Assembly: GCF_023055435.1 (NCBI RefSeq) | Contig: NW_025963791.1 | Span: 21,204,001 to 21,268,000 of the forward strand | DNA: 64,000 bases | Direction: 5' to 3' | From: Haliotis rufescens | Taxonomy: Eukaryota | Shown here: in pieces, positions 1 through 11,303 of the stretch | How the letters are laid out: each line of letters begins with the position of its first letter | How positions within the stretch are numbered: the stretch's first letter is position 1 | The notes under the pieces: model-generated | What the model saw: only the letters and a program-made list of their open reading frames with translations | What the model was told of the DNA's origin: nothing | The model's database searches: none | Translations under genes and position numbers: made by a program

Positions 1-327
1 CGTGCCAAGTCCGACATCACTCTGGCGCCGAACCAAGTCCGACATTACTCTGTAATACAGATATGGTTTTAGACTTATTATTTCACATAAAAGGCACATA
101 CATCTGGAAAAAATCTAGGCACCGCTTGCTACATATAATACAATATATTCATATTCCATACAACATAGACTTTTTTTAAAAACGGGAACGTGTTAAATTT
201 CTGACAGTGCACCCTTACAAATTGACAAACTCAGTAAAATACAGAAACCGGAATCGATTCTGTAATATGTTTTGTGACTGTTCCATGGTAACAGTTATTT
301 GACCCTTTCGATGTCTTTCTCTGCTTC

Positions 328-630
328 GGGGTCACGGCTGGCCCCGTCGTCTAAGGCGCCGCGATTCGCTGTGCAGAGTTGCGTCCCATGGGCACGCCAG
401 AAACCTATGATTGTGGCTTCGAATCCCGGTTCGCCCCGAATAAGTTTCTAGTTTTGTCAGCACCGTACTCGTGCTCGTGGGTTTCACCGAAGTGGTAAAC
501 GTTTGAGACCTGCATCACGTCGGGCTTTCCTCCCACATTAAGCTGACACGCCGTGATATGACTGAAATACTGTTAAAAAGGGCGTTAAAACCCAACTCAC
601 AGTCACTCACTCACTCACTCACTCACTCAC
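328..630 (+). mobile_element. SINE family B (long tRNA-like head, about 300 bp)
   Basis: A-box TGGCCCCGTCGTCTAAGG, B-box TTCGAATCC, (ACTC)n tail, TSD CTCTGCTTC; multiple copies in window. Confidence 0.85.
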
Positions 631-1011
631 TTCCTCTGCTTCATTCAATCCCTTGTTATCATTCAGTACTCGTTTTTTTGTTAAAAAACACAGTATTCTT
701 GTTCCATCTTTCAGCAGGTACCGGTGGCATCACAGGTATTCACCAACATTACATCTGATTTACACGTAGACACGTCCAACACATACACCGAAGTTCGAGA
801 TATGAAATGAGTGGTGCTTAACTTATCTCAAGGTGTATTTTTTCACAGGGCATCATGAAACACTAATTATTCATGTTTTAAATAATACATCGACAAATTT
901 CAACTCTGATTTCAATATGTTTTTTCTTTTTGTAATTATTAGACAAAATTGTGAACTCGATGTCCTGGGCCCAGTTGCATAAACCGATCGTAGTGCTGAG
1001 ACGTATTGAAT

Positions 1012-1216
1012 ACTGTAAGGGACATTCTCGCGATCTCGACCTTTGGAAACGAGGTAAATATGCCCAAAACACGAGAATGCGAGATCGCGAGAACGCGAGA
1101 TTTTGGCCAAATCTCGCGTTCTCACGATCTCGCATTCTCGTGTTTTGGGTATATTTACCTCGTTTCCAAAGGTCGAGATCGCGAGAATGCGAGATCGCGA
1201 GAATGTCCCTTACAGT
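1012..1216. mobile_element. Fold-back MITE / near-perfect palindrome
   Basis: ACTGTAAGGGACATTCTCGCGATCTCG...CGAGATCGCGAGAATGTCCCTTACAGT; CpG-rich arms. Confidence 0.75.
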
Positions 1217-2427
1217 TCATAGAGACGAGCATGACTCACATACATACACGCATGGAAGTCGTAGCGCTACGATCGCTTTGTGAAGCAGGGGCCCTCGTAA
1301 TCATCGAAAATATACCTGTATCTGTAGTTCGAAAAAAGCCGTTAGAAATCTTCTGTCGGTACCATACAATTACACCGTCTTAAACGATATTTCGAGTTGA
1401 TGAAGTTCGATTTAATGGGTTTTAATCTTCCATAGTAACTTTGATAAATGAGGTAGCAAGGTTATGTTGCGTTCTCTGCCAGACGCGGTATGCGCACATT
1501 GTATTTTGTTTGGTCCAAAGGTCACGTCGTGATAAAAGGTTATTTATAATGGGCAGTTAAAATTCAATGTTCATTGACTGTATAAACGGGACATGTTTAC
1601 ACTGCTCGGAATACAAAGAGGAACGCATAGCTAAAGTACTCAGGGAAATGAAAAAAACCCTGTTTTGCTGGATTTAATAATCGACACAAAGCATTACGTA
1701 GATGTATATACGAAATAACAAAACAGCTGGAAAAGTACTAGTCTGGATTTGCTAGTTTTATCCCAGTGCTCAATACAAAAGGTACTTCACAGGAGGTAAT
1801 TTGTAGGCACTTTCAACATTGACATGGCAGAAACAGGCTATAGGCATTATGCAAATTAGCCTGGAAAAAAAGTTATCAAAACAACAATAAAAATAACAGC
1901 TATGTTTATGTACATAATAATAATGACATGTAAGTTGTTGTTTGAGAAGGGAATATGTTACTTTTACGTTCTGATATTTTGACGATGATTCACTATCCCA
2001 CAATGCCACTCACAAATCACTAACCACTGACAAATCACATGCACGTGGGTTTCAAGCACCTGTTTTAACCTGTCGTCAATGTGTCATAGGTCATGAACAT
2101 TCACCTCACCATGCTCAGTTTCACAATAGTCTGTTTTGTTCATATTTTTACACACTTTTACGTGTAAAAAGACATAAAAACCTTTGATACGCTGTATTTG
2201 TGCCAATGCCCAATTAGTACTAATTGAGTTGTTTGAATATTTATATATTTTGTATATTAACTGCATTTATTTAAAATCTGAGATCGAAAAAAAAGGGTTT
2301 TTTTCATTTCCGTGAGTCCTTTAGTCAAGGCAGGTATGTAGCACAATTGTTTACATTTTATTGCATCAAATGCCTGTGTCACCTGGTTTCGTCAAATGAT
2401 ATGGACGTCACTGTTTCTGCACAAGGA

Positions 2428-2665
2428 TACGGGTGGCTCAGTCGTCTCAGGTGCCACAATTCGCCGTGCAGAGTTGTGTCCCCTCGGTTTTTCAGAAACT
2501 GATGAATGTGGGTTCGAGTCCCAGATTCGTACTGATTATGTTTCTTTATTTGTCAGCACCACACCTGTGTTTCGTGCATGGCTTCGGGTTTTCCTCCCAC
2601 ATGAAGATGACACGCTTTGATGTAACTGAAATACTGTTCAAAGCGGAATAGAACCAAACTCACCT
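2428..2665 (+). mobile_element. SINE family B, diverged copy
   Basis: Similar to 328-630. Confidence 0.7.
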
Positions 2666-2676
2666 ACTTACAAAGA

Positions 2677-3017
2677 TGAGATGAGGTGAAATGGGGCTTA
2701 ACGTCGCGTCCAAAATTATTGCACTTACATAGCGACGTGCATGCACGTGTGTGTGGCTGCTTGTACTAGTCCGGACTGATGCCGATTGTGCTTGCCCACT
2801 GAGATACCATGCCGCAGTTTAGCATGAATACCCCACTCAGACACAGTATACTGACTCCGTGCCGACCAGTCCTTGTTTTAGCCCCTTAGTGTCGAACGCC
2901 AGGCAGGGTAACAACAAGTACCATCTTTTAACGGCTTTTGGTATGACGCGGCCGGGATCGAACCCGGACCTTTCGCTCTCCGGGTGGACGCTCTGCTACT
3001 AGACCACGGAGGCGGTC
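2677..3017 (-). mobile_element. tRNA-derived SINE family D (about 340 bp, (CACCT)n tail)
   Basis: A-box TGGTCTAGTAG, B-box GGTTCGATCCC, TSD ACTTACAAAGATG; body resembles Deu/Nin-type cores (recalled, unverified). Confidence 0.85.
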
Positions 3018-3183
3018 CACTTACAAAGATGTTTATGCGTGTAGCAACTCGATTAATGACAGTATAGTAAATTCTACCTCTCATAAATCGTCAATATGTC
3101 ACTGGTATGTATAGAAGCCCGTGATGTATTGGCGTTGACGCTCATACAGATGACAGTAAACATAAAGGAATTGTTTGATAGGT

Positions 3184-3442
3184 TGTATTTTGTTGTTTAA
3201 CGCCGCACGGAAATATTTCAGCCATGTGACGGTAGTCTATAAAATAATCGAGTCTGGACCAGACAATCCAGTGCTTAACATCATGACCATCGATCCACGC
3301 AATTGGATTACGATGACATGGATCAATCAAGTCAGCGACCCTGACCACCCGATCCTGTTAGTCGCCTCTTACGACAAGCATAGTCGCCTCTTACGGCAAG
3401 CATGGGTTGCTGAAGACCTTTTCTACCCCGTATCTTCACAGG
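3184..3442 (-). mobile_element. SINE-like family C (no tRNA head; GTCGTAAGAGGCGACTAA motif)
   Basis: Reverse copy of the 42348-42617 type. Confidence 0.85.
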
Positions 3443-4035
3443 CCAGGAACCACATGTCCTTCAATAACATGTACATTGTATTAACCTTTCCAAGATGACA
3501 GTTCTGTGAGCCTGACCACAAGAATGTCTATGGTACTAAGTTTTATTAATAAATGACTGTATGCATGTCCTGCACGACTTTTGTTCGATAAAAAGACTCT
3601 TTCCATAATCGTAAGAAAGTCCATGGTATGATTCCGTCAATATAATGAGCATGTGTTCCAGGTTTCCGCGAAAAGGTGAGCGTATCCTGCCCAAGCGATG
3701 GCACCAGTAATAAACACACGCACAGGCTAGTCAACTGTTCACCTGAAAGAACACGGCAACATTTCGTACAAGTCAAAATAGGAAATTGCATCGAATATAA
3801 TTTTGATCAGTGATGCATCAAATGCACACTTTACGCAGGACCTGTTAACTGTGTCTATTATCAGTTATTATATGTCTGTCTGTCTTTGTGTTAATTAGGG
3901 ATTGTCTATACATTATTAAAAAGACATTACAACTAACCAACAACTCGTAAAACCAAACATTGTTTCTCCAGCAAATTTCAACGTAACTAGATCATCTTGT
4001 AGTTTCCCTTGTCGCCCGTTGTTCTTGGTCGACAG

Positions 4036-4202
4036 GGGGCCGGTCGGGTAGCCTTGTGGATAAAGCGTTCGCTCGTCACGCCGAAGACCCGGGTTCGATT
4101 CCCGACATGGGTACAATGTGTGAAGCCCATTTCTGGTGTCCCCCGCCGTGATATTGCTGGAATATTGCTAAAAGCGGTGTAAAACCAAACTCACTCACTC
4201 AC
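4036..4202 (+). mobile_element. tRNA-derived SINE family A (about 170 bp)
   Basis: A-box TAGCCTTGTGG, B-box GGTTCGATTCC, (ACTC)n tail, TSD CTTGGTCGACAGG. Confidence 0.9.
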
Positions 4203-4301
4203 TTGGTCGACAGGACATGGTGTTATGGTTTACGTTCTTCAGGATGTGTTTTGTTGTCCTTACATGTACATATATATGTTCTCTGCCTCATGGATTTCAT
4301 T

Positions 4302-4342
4302 CACCTAATGAAGGAGTAAGCATATACTCCGAAAAGTTGTGT
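4302..4342 (+). ncRNA. Degenerate minimal hammerhead ribozyme (Penelope-type)
   Basis: CAC-CTAATGA-A-GGAGTA-agcata-TACTCC-GAAA-AGTT-GTG; core differs from CTGATGA/GAAACGTT at two positions. Confidence 0.5.
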
Positions 4343-4451
4343 TCCTCATGATACAGAAGTTGACATCCATATATTCTCTTCCTTAACGCAAGTGTGTCTG
4401 TTACCTGTGCTTTTCTTCCTTGCTGCATTAAGTGTGTTTTCATACCCAATG

Positions 4452-4558
4452 AGACCTGTGAAGATCCGGGGTAGAATAGGTCTTCAGCAACCCATGCTTG
4501 ACCACAGGCCCCTGAAGCCTGTGTGCTTGACGTAAATGGCGACTATGCTTGTCGAGGC
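4452..4558 (+). mobile_element. Family C, 5' fragment
   Basis: GTGAAGATCCGGGGTAGAATAGGTCTTCAGCAACCC. Confidence 0.7.
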
Positions 4559-5172
4559 AAAACCAGATATTGTTTTGTTTATAACTATGAGCCTGACTTT
4601 TCATTAAGAAAAAAGACCTTGTAACAATGTATTTTTTGTGGCAGGCAGTTACGTTATATTCAAAGGTCTGAAGCATATGAAGTTTTTCAAGAAATTTCAG
4701 GGGCAATGTAATTTTTTTCGATAGAAGGTAGAGTTGTCGCCCTTAGTATTTTTTATAACTTGGGTCTCGGGTTCAAGTCCCCAAATCAATCTGATTATCA
4801 CCCTTCATTTTGTAGCACCATCAACACAGGCGAATTTTACTATGATGACAAGCCTCTCGTGGCCAGCATAAGTTGCTGAGGACCAATTCTATCCTGGAAT
4901 ACACACAGAGGTATCCCATAATAGGCTGAGCTGGAAATACTTTGGGCAAGTTTAACCGCAAGACACGCACCCACTCTCGCTATATCGATGCAACTGTTAG
5001 TAACTACCCTATCACCACAGTGGAGTTATCCAAGCCACCAACAATCAGAGTAGAATTGCAGGCCTACCAAAGAAAACGAGCTACCAAACTATGGAATTAT
5101 ACACACATTACATAGAAATTGCAACACACATTACAAAGACACACTCCCCATAAAGATTGCATACTGATAAGA

Positions 5173-5355
5173 ACCCCGCTCAATTTCAATGGAGTGAGTG
5201 AGTATGGTTTTACGCCGCTTTTAGCAATATTCCAGCAATATCATGGCGGGGGACACCAGAAATGGGCTTCACACATTGTACCCATGTCGGGAATCGAACC
5301 CGGGTCTTCGGCCGGACGAGTGAACGCTTTAACCACTGGGCTACCCGACCGCCCC
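5173..5355 (-). mobile_element. SINE family A
   Basis: Reverse copy, TSD AATTTCAATGGA. Confidence 0.9.
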
Positions 5356-5771
5356 TAATTTCAATGGAACTAAACACAGGAAGTCACGCAGATACGTTTG
5401 TAATTTATAACATTTGTCATTTTGGGGAGATAATTATGCTTTCCACAAGTGCCATGTTGAAGGAAACTTGTCTAGCATCCTGTAATTCTAGATACAATAA
5501 TAATAATTTTCAGTTATTTTGTCTTCCAACTTTCATGTTTATTAACTGTTAGATGTTATGATGATTGGAAACTGTGCTGTATTTAAACCTGAAAAATATT
5601 TCATTTTCATAAAAGTGGAACAGGTTTGAATTTTGAATGTTTCACTTTTCTTATTGGTCAATGGGGTTTGATGGACAGGTTGCAGAGGTTAATTAAACCT
5701 TGACCATCCAACCAGTGTGGGTCACTGTACTGTTGATGTGTGATGACATGCAGGTCAGTTGAAAGGTGACA

Positions 5772-6013
5772 GCTGAAGATCTGGGGTAGAATAGGTTTTC
5801 AGCAACCCATGCTTGCTGTAAAAGTTGTCTATGCTTGTTGTAAGAGGGTGGTCAGGCTGGCTGACTTGGTTGAAGCATGTCATCGTATCCCAGCTGCGTG
5901 GATTGATGCTCATGATGTCAATCACTGGATTGTCTTGTCCAGGCTCGATTATTTACAGACCGCCGTCATATAGCTGGAATATTGCGGAGTGCGGCGTTCA
6001 ACAACAAACAAAC
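5772..6013 (+). mobile_element. Family C (inverted partial copy follows at 6124-6218)
   Basis: Similar to family C, (ACAA)n tail. Confidence 0.8.
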
Positions 6014-6941
6014 AGTTGAAAGTTTGTGTGATCCACTCGCCAAACATACAACAATTGGTCATACTCAACAACTATTTTGATCAACAGATTCACATCTTAG
6101 TTGCCCTTAATGATAGCAACAGGTTTGTTTGTTTGATTGTTTGTTGTTTAACGCCGCACTACGCAATATTCCAGCTAAATGACAGCGGTCTGTAAATCGA
6201 GTCTGGACCAGACAATCCCCAATCATTAAAATTAAAACTGTGATCGGTGATTGTATGTCACAGGTTTTGTATTAAATAAAGAATAACAACTCAAAACAAA
6301 TCTATTGTTATGATATAATTTGCATATACAAAAAAGCACACATTTAAAATATATGGATTTAAAGTGTATAAAAATACAAACTTAACAAAAATGGTAACAT
6401 GATCTAGTATAATTCATAATGTTATATACAGTAAACCTTAAAACCCTTGTACTTATATTAAGACTGAAATTGATGAAATATTGTCAGGATATGGCCAAAG
6501 TATTTTTTAGTAATTTTAATTGTCAGATCTGCACACCCCCATACATCACTTGTAAAAGGGGGACCATCAGTACTGGTGCTGGGTCTTTCTGCATCACCTT
6601 GACTGCATCCTTGTCACAATTAAACTCTGTAATCAAAATAAATTGACAATCTAAATCTAAAAGTCTGATGGTCTATACCATATTAGTTTCAAATACTTTA
6701 AAATTCTCTCTTTCATAATACTATGGAAACATTTCTCTTTCAGGTGTAGTAGTGGCTTATTCAAAAAACTAATATAGGCCATAGGCCCAGGTTATACATG
6801 ACAATGACATTATTGAATAAACTACTACAACTACAAATTATTTTTTTCTGTTGCAGTTTGATTGTTGGCTAAAATTTCTTTACATTTATTATAATAAACT
6901 AATCATGTTGTGCCTAGCATGTAGTGATTACTAGTCCAGTG

Positions 6942-7023
6942 CAATCTCATTAAAATCAGATCTTAGTTCTCCCTATCTTTGTTTAGCAGCAGCGACAACC
7001 TAGATCTGATTTTAATGAGATTG
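6942..7023. mobile_element. Tiny MITE with 9-bp TSD (Mutator-like)
   Basis: TIR CAATCTCATTAAAATCAGATCT, flanked by AGTCCAGTG on both sides. Confidence 0.75.
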
Positions 7024-7895
7024 AGTCCAGTGAATACTAAATATTACACAGCTTGTATGACTTTCTGTTTGAACTTTTTAAATATAGCTGCATATTATAG
7101 AATAAAGATAGAATATACCAGTTACCACTTCATGAATACATTACACATGATTCCTTATGAAATGATTGGTTAAGCAATCAATTATTATTACAATAACACC
7201 CACCCCCACCCCACCCACCGATTTTGCCACACCCTCTAAGGGACAACAGTTTCCAGACTTGCTTACTTTTTGTATTATTGTCTACAGATTGTTTGTGTTA
7301 CTGACAAAAAAACAGTCTGTAAAGTTATTACTGTCCATATATTTATCAATAAGAAACGAATTCAATATATATTTGCATTTATGGAAGTACAAACGTAAAA
7401 AACGGTACAGACACTTTGCATAAATCTGCCGTGCTGAATTACACAGTTTGCACAAAAGTTTTATGTTATTACCCCCATAAACTCAAAGATTATTGAAGTC
7501 AATTTCTAAATATAGTATTTACCACTTTTTATATTATATGTCTGATGCAGCAATGAAAATGAATACAGATATTAAAGTTGTTGTTTATCATGACTTTGTA
7601 CACCTTGGAGTAGAGGCACAGCCATGGCTCAGCTTAGATTTGTGTCGGTCTTCAATGAAGAGCAATCCCTGGACCAATGAACCATATCAATCTCTAAAAT
7701 ATCTCAATCAAGGGTTTTGGAAATTTGATGATCAGGTGATTAATTTAGTGTGACCTTCACATAGGTAAGTAAAATAAATTCTATTTCAATAACATTTAAT
7801 AATGTGTGGAAGTACATTCAAGCATGTCTTCCTTGTTTCCTGTTCTGGACATGGGTATGACTCACATGGCAACTGCTGTTATGTACATTGTGAGA

Positions 7896-9319
7896 ATATC
7901 ACAGGTCTGTGTTAGCCATGAGTTCTGTACATCTTTGTATAATAGAACATGTATGTATATATTCCTATAACTCCTATCCATGTGTTTCTTCTAAATATTC
8001 ATATTGAGCAGTATTTACTGTTCGATATACTTCCAGGGATATCACAGGTCTGTGTTAGCCATGAGTTCTGTACATCTTTGTATAATAGAACATGTATGTA
8101 TATATTCCTATAACTCCTATCCATGTGTTTCTTCTAAATATTCATATTGAGCAGTATTTACTGTTGATATACTTCCAGGGATATCACAGGTCTGTGTTAG
8201 CCATGAGTTCTGTACATCTTTGTATAATAGAACATGTATGTATATATTCCTATAACTCCTATCCATGTGTTTCTTCTAAATATTCATATTGAGCAGTATT
8301 TACTGTTGATATACTTCCAGGGATATCACAGGTCTGTGTTAGCCATGAGTTCTGTACATCTTTGTATAATAGAACATGTATGTATATATTCCTATAACTC
8401 CTATCCATGTGTTTCTTCTAAATATTCATATTGAGCAGTATTTACTGTTGATATACTTCCAGGGATATCACAGGTCTGTGTTAGCCATGAGTTCTGTACA
8501 TCTTTGTATAATAGAACATGTATGTATATATTCCTATAACTCCTATCCATGTGTTTCTTCTAAATATTCATATTGAGCAGTATTTACTGTTCGATATACT
8601 TCCAGGGATATCATAGGTCTGTGTTAGCCATGAGTTCTGTACATCTTTGTATAATAGAACATGTATGTATATATTCCTATAACTCCTATCCATGTGTTTC
8701 TTCTAAATATTCATATTGAGCAGTATTTACTGTTCGATATACTTCCAGGGATATCATAGGTCTGTGTTAGCCATGAGTTCTGTACATCTTTGTATAATAG
8801 AACATGTATGTATATATTCCTATAACTCCTATCCATGTGTTTCTTCTAAATATTCATATTGAGCAGTATTTACTGTTCGATATACTTCCAGGGATATCAT
8901 AGGTCTGTGTTAGCCATGAGTTCTGTACATCTTTGTATAATAGAACATGTATGTATATATTCCTATAACTCCTATCCATGTGTTTCTTCTAAATATTCAT
9001 ATTGAGCAGTATTTACTGTTCGATATACTTCCAGGGATATCACAGGTCTGTGTTAGCCATGAGTTCTGTACATCTTTGTATAATAGAACATGTATGTATA
9101 TATTCCTATAACTCCTATCCATGTGTTTCTTCTAAATATTCATATTGAGCAGTATTTACTGTTCGATATACTTCCAGGGATATCACAGGTCTGTGTTAGC
9201 CATGAGTTCTGTACACCTTTGTATAATAGAACATGTATGTATATATTCCTATAACTCCTATCCATGTGTTTCTTCTAAATATTCATATTCAGCAGTATTT
9301 ACTGTTGATATACTTCCAC
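7896..9319. repeat. Tandem repeat, 142-143-bp unit, about 10 near-identical copies
   Basis: Unit begins ATATCACAGGTCTGTGTTAGCCATGAG. Confidence 0.95.
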
Positions 9320-9624
9320 AGCACGTACCACAAATAAATAATTTTCATAAAGAACATTAAATACAATTTTTAAACATGTGATTAGGAATATTCACAACTA
9401 CTTTTAGGTCTATTTACAGTAAAAAAATGTATTTTTAAAGAATTGAGCAGAATGACCTGGGTCAAGGTAAAAAAAGAGAAAAAGGTCAATGTCAATGTAC
9501 ACAAAGTGATTCAATACTTTGAACAAAATCTCAAGCAAGCAGAAGTACAGGAAACTTAGGAAATGTTTGTAAATGTTTGTAAATGTCAACAACAATCATG
9601 CTGAGATATGGCTATGTGAAGCTT

Positions 9625-9822
9625 ACACTGTGAAGAGTTGCATCCCTTTGGTGTAACAGGATTCGAAATTCTGGTTCGCCCTGATTATGTTTCTAGGTAT
9701 GTCAGCACTGTTTCACTAAAGTGGTAGTGGAAGTGCTTCACTTCAGGCTTTCCTCCAACATCAAGCTGACACACTGTGTTATAACTGGAATACTGTTCAA
9801 GGAGGCGTTAAATCAAACTCAC
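9625..9822 (+). mobile_element. SINE family B, diverged partial copy
   Basis: Similar to 328-630. Confidence 0.6.
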
Positions 9823-10550
9823 ATAATTGGACGGATTAAAAAAATATTGACAAAACATTCACAGACATCACATGTGTTGTAGAGGTAGACAGTTCAGACA
9901 TCGCTGGTGCAGACAGAGAACAGTGTGCTTCAAGGTCAAGGCGGGACAATCAGCCATTATCTCAATTTACAGTGTGTAGTGTCGTGAAAGTGTTGATGGA
10001 TGTTAACCTGTCCATAATATGGAACAGACCCAGAACACAACACAAGATAAACAAGCACTCTTTCACTTACTCATGCAGTGGTAAGCACATTTTTATGTAC
10101 TATTCTCCTACAACAACTTCAAGGACTATGAAACAGTAGAAGCTAGTTTCCAGAAAAAGTCTTAAATACTGAAAATATTATAATACATTCTGTGCAACGA
10201 ACAGGCACAGATTGTTCATTGATAAATAATGCAGAATTCCATTTCATCCCTGGAAAAATAATCTTTCCTTTTTGAGTTGTCAATTCACTTATACCATGTA
10301 ATTCAGCTATTGTTGTTAAACAAATGTTGACAGAGGTCAAATTAAAGAATTTGCACTACATTATGAACCTAGTCATGCTTGAAAATGATATACAAACAAC
10401 TTGAAATTTCAAGATGTTGTTTCAGTGATCTTCTGCAATGGTTAGTTAAATTACATTTTTATATTCTGAATGGGATTTCAAGTTGTTAAAAAGCTTATAG
10501 TTCATTTTTATCCACCATTTAAATCATACATTCAATATTTAAGTGATGCC

Positions 10551-10560
10551 TTTATTTATT
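10551..10560 (-). terminator. Candidate polyadenylation signals (overlapping AATAAA)
   Basis: TTTATTTATT on + strand, about 460 nt past the stop codon. AT-rich context, so weak. Confidence 0.3.
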
Positions 10561-10611
10561 AGCACTTTGCAAAGCAGTCCTTTCAGAGTTTGGCAAAACA
10601 TGCCGTGAAAT

Positions 10612-10805
10612 CATTCAGGATCTTGTTATTAATTGATATCCTGTTGAAACTATAGATTATGTCTGCTTTTATCTACCTGCAGGTGTAACATTCAGGATCT
10701 TGTTATTGATGGATATCCTGTTGAAACTATAGATTATGTCTGCTTTTATCTATCTGCAGGTGTAACATTCAGGATCTTGTTATTGATGGATATCCTGTTG
10801 AAACT
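10612..10805. repeat. Tandem repeat, about 76-bp unit, 2.5 copies (putative 3' UTR)
   Basis: CATTCAGGATCTTGTTATT...CCTGTTGAAACT repeated. Confidence 0.8.
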
Positions 10806-11018
10806 TTGTTGATGAAAACCTAGTGAATCTGATCATGGAGAGTTGATTTAATTCCGTTTCCAAAACAAGCAGAAAATAAAGACTTCCAGTAATTTACTGG
10901 AATTGCCATCTCCCTGTTCGGTGTTGTATTGAAAAGCATATGTTGTGATAATATCTTCCACAAAACTGCTTAGATATAGTAGCATAATCTTCCTCACATA
11001 CTGGAGATTCTGGATCCA

Positions 11019-11303
11019 TTATGCAACAGTTGATGACTTTTTCGAGCCACCCAATTTATCCGGGAACTTTGACCACCGCCCAGATTTGATAGGCGGCAGT
11101 TTAGTAGAACTGTCAGATCCTTTACTGGTGAGGTTCCCCCGTGAGAAGGAAGTGTCCTCCCCACTAGGGGGCGAGTCCGGAACTTCATACGAGAAGTTTA
11201 ATGCGGTGATATCACTCTCAGTGGGCTTGATGCCGGTAAAACCAAGACTCTTGAGTCGATCACTGACCGGCAGTTTATCTGGAAGCTGGACGTCCTTGAA
11301 GTC
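11019..11303 (-). CDS. Exon 22, terminal coding exon (DFKDVQLPDKLP...KKSSTVA*)
   Basis: ATTTCAG acceptor, open frame to TAA. Confidence 0.8.
   Translation of the reverse strand, partial: DFKDVQLPDKLPVSDRLKSLGFTGIKPTESDITALNFSYEVPDSPPSGEDTSFSRGNLTSKGSDSSTKLPPIKSGRWSKFPDKLGGSKKSSTVA

Noticed and set aside
871-1383. Overlapping Arg/Ser-rich ORFs on both strands
   Set aside because: Arise from the palindromic element at 1012-1216.
4036-4110. tRNA genes at SINE heads (also 40301, 60203, 31819, 328)
   Set aside because: They continue into SINE bodies and tails with TSDs and lack a clean cloverleaf; they are tRNA-derived heads.
8092-9360. Repeated identical 66-aa ORFs
   Set aside because: Artefacts of the 142-bp tandem repeat.
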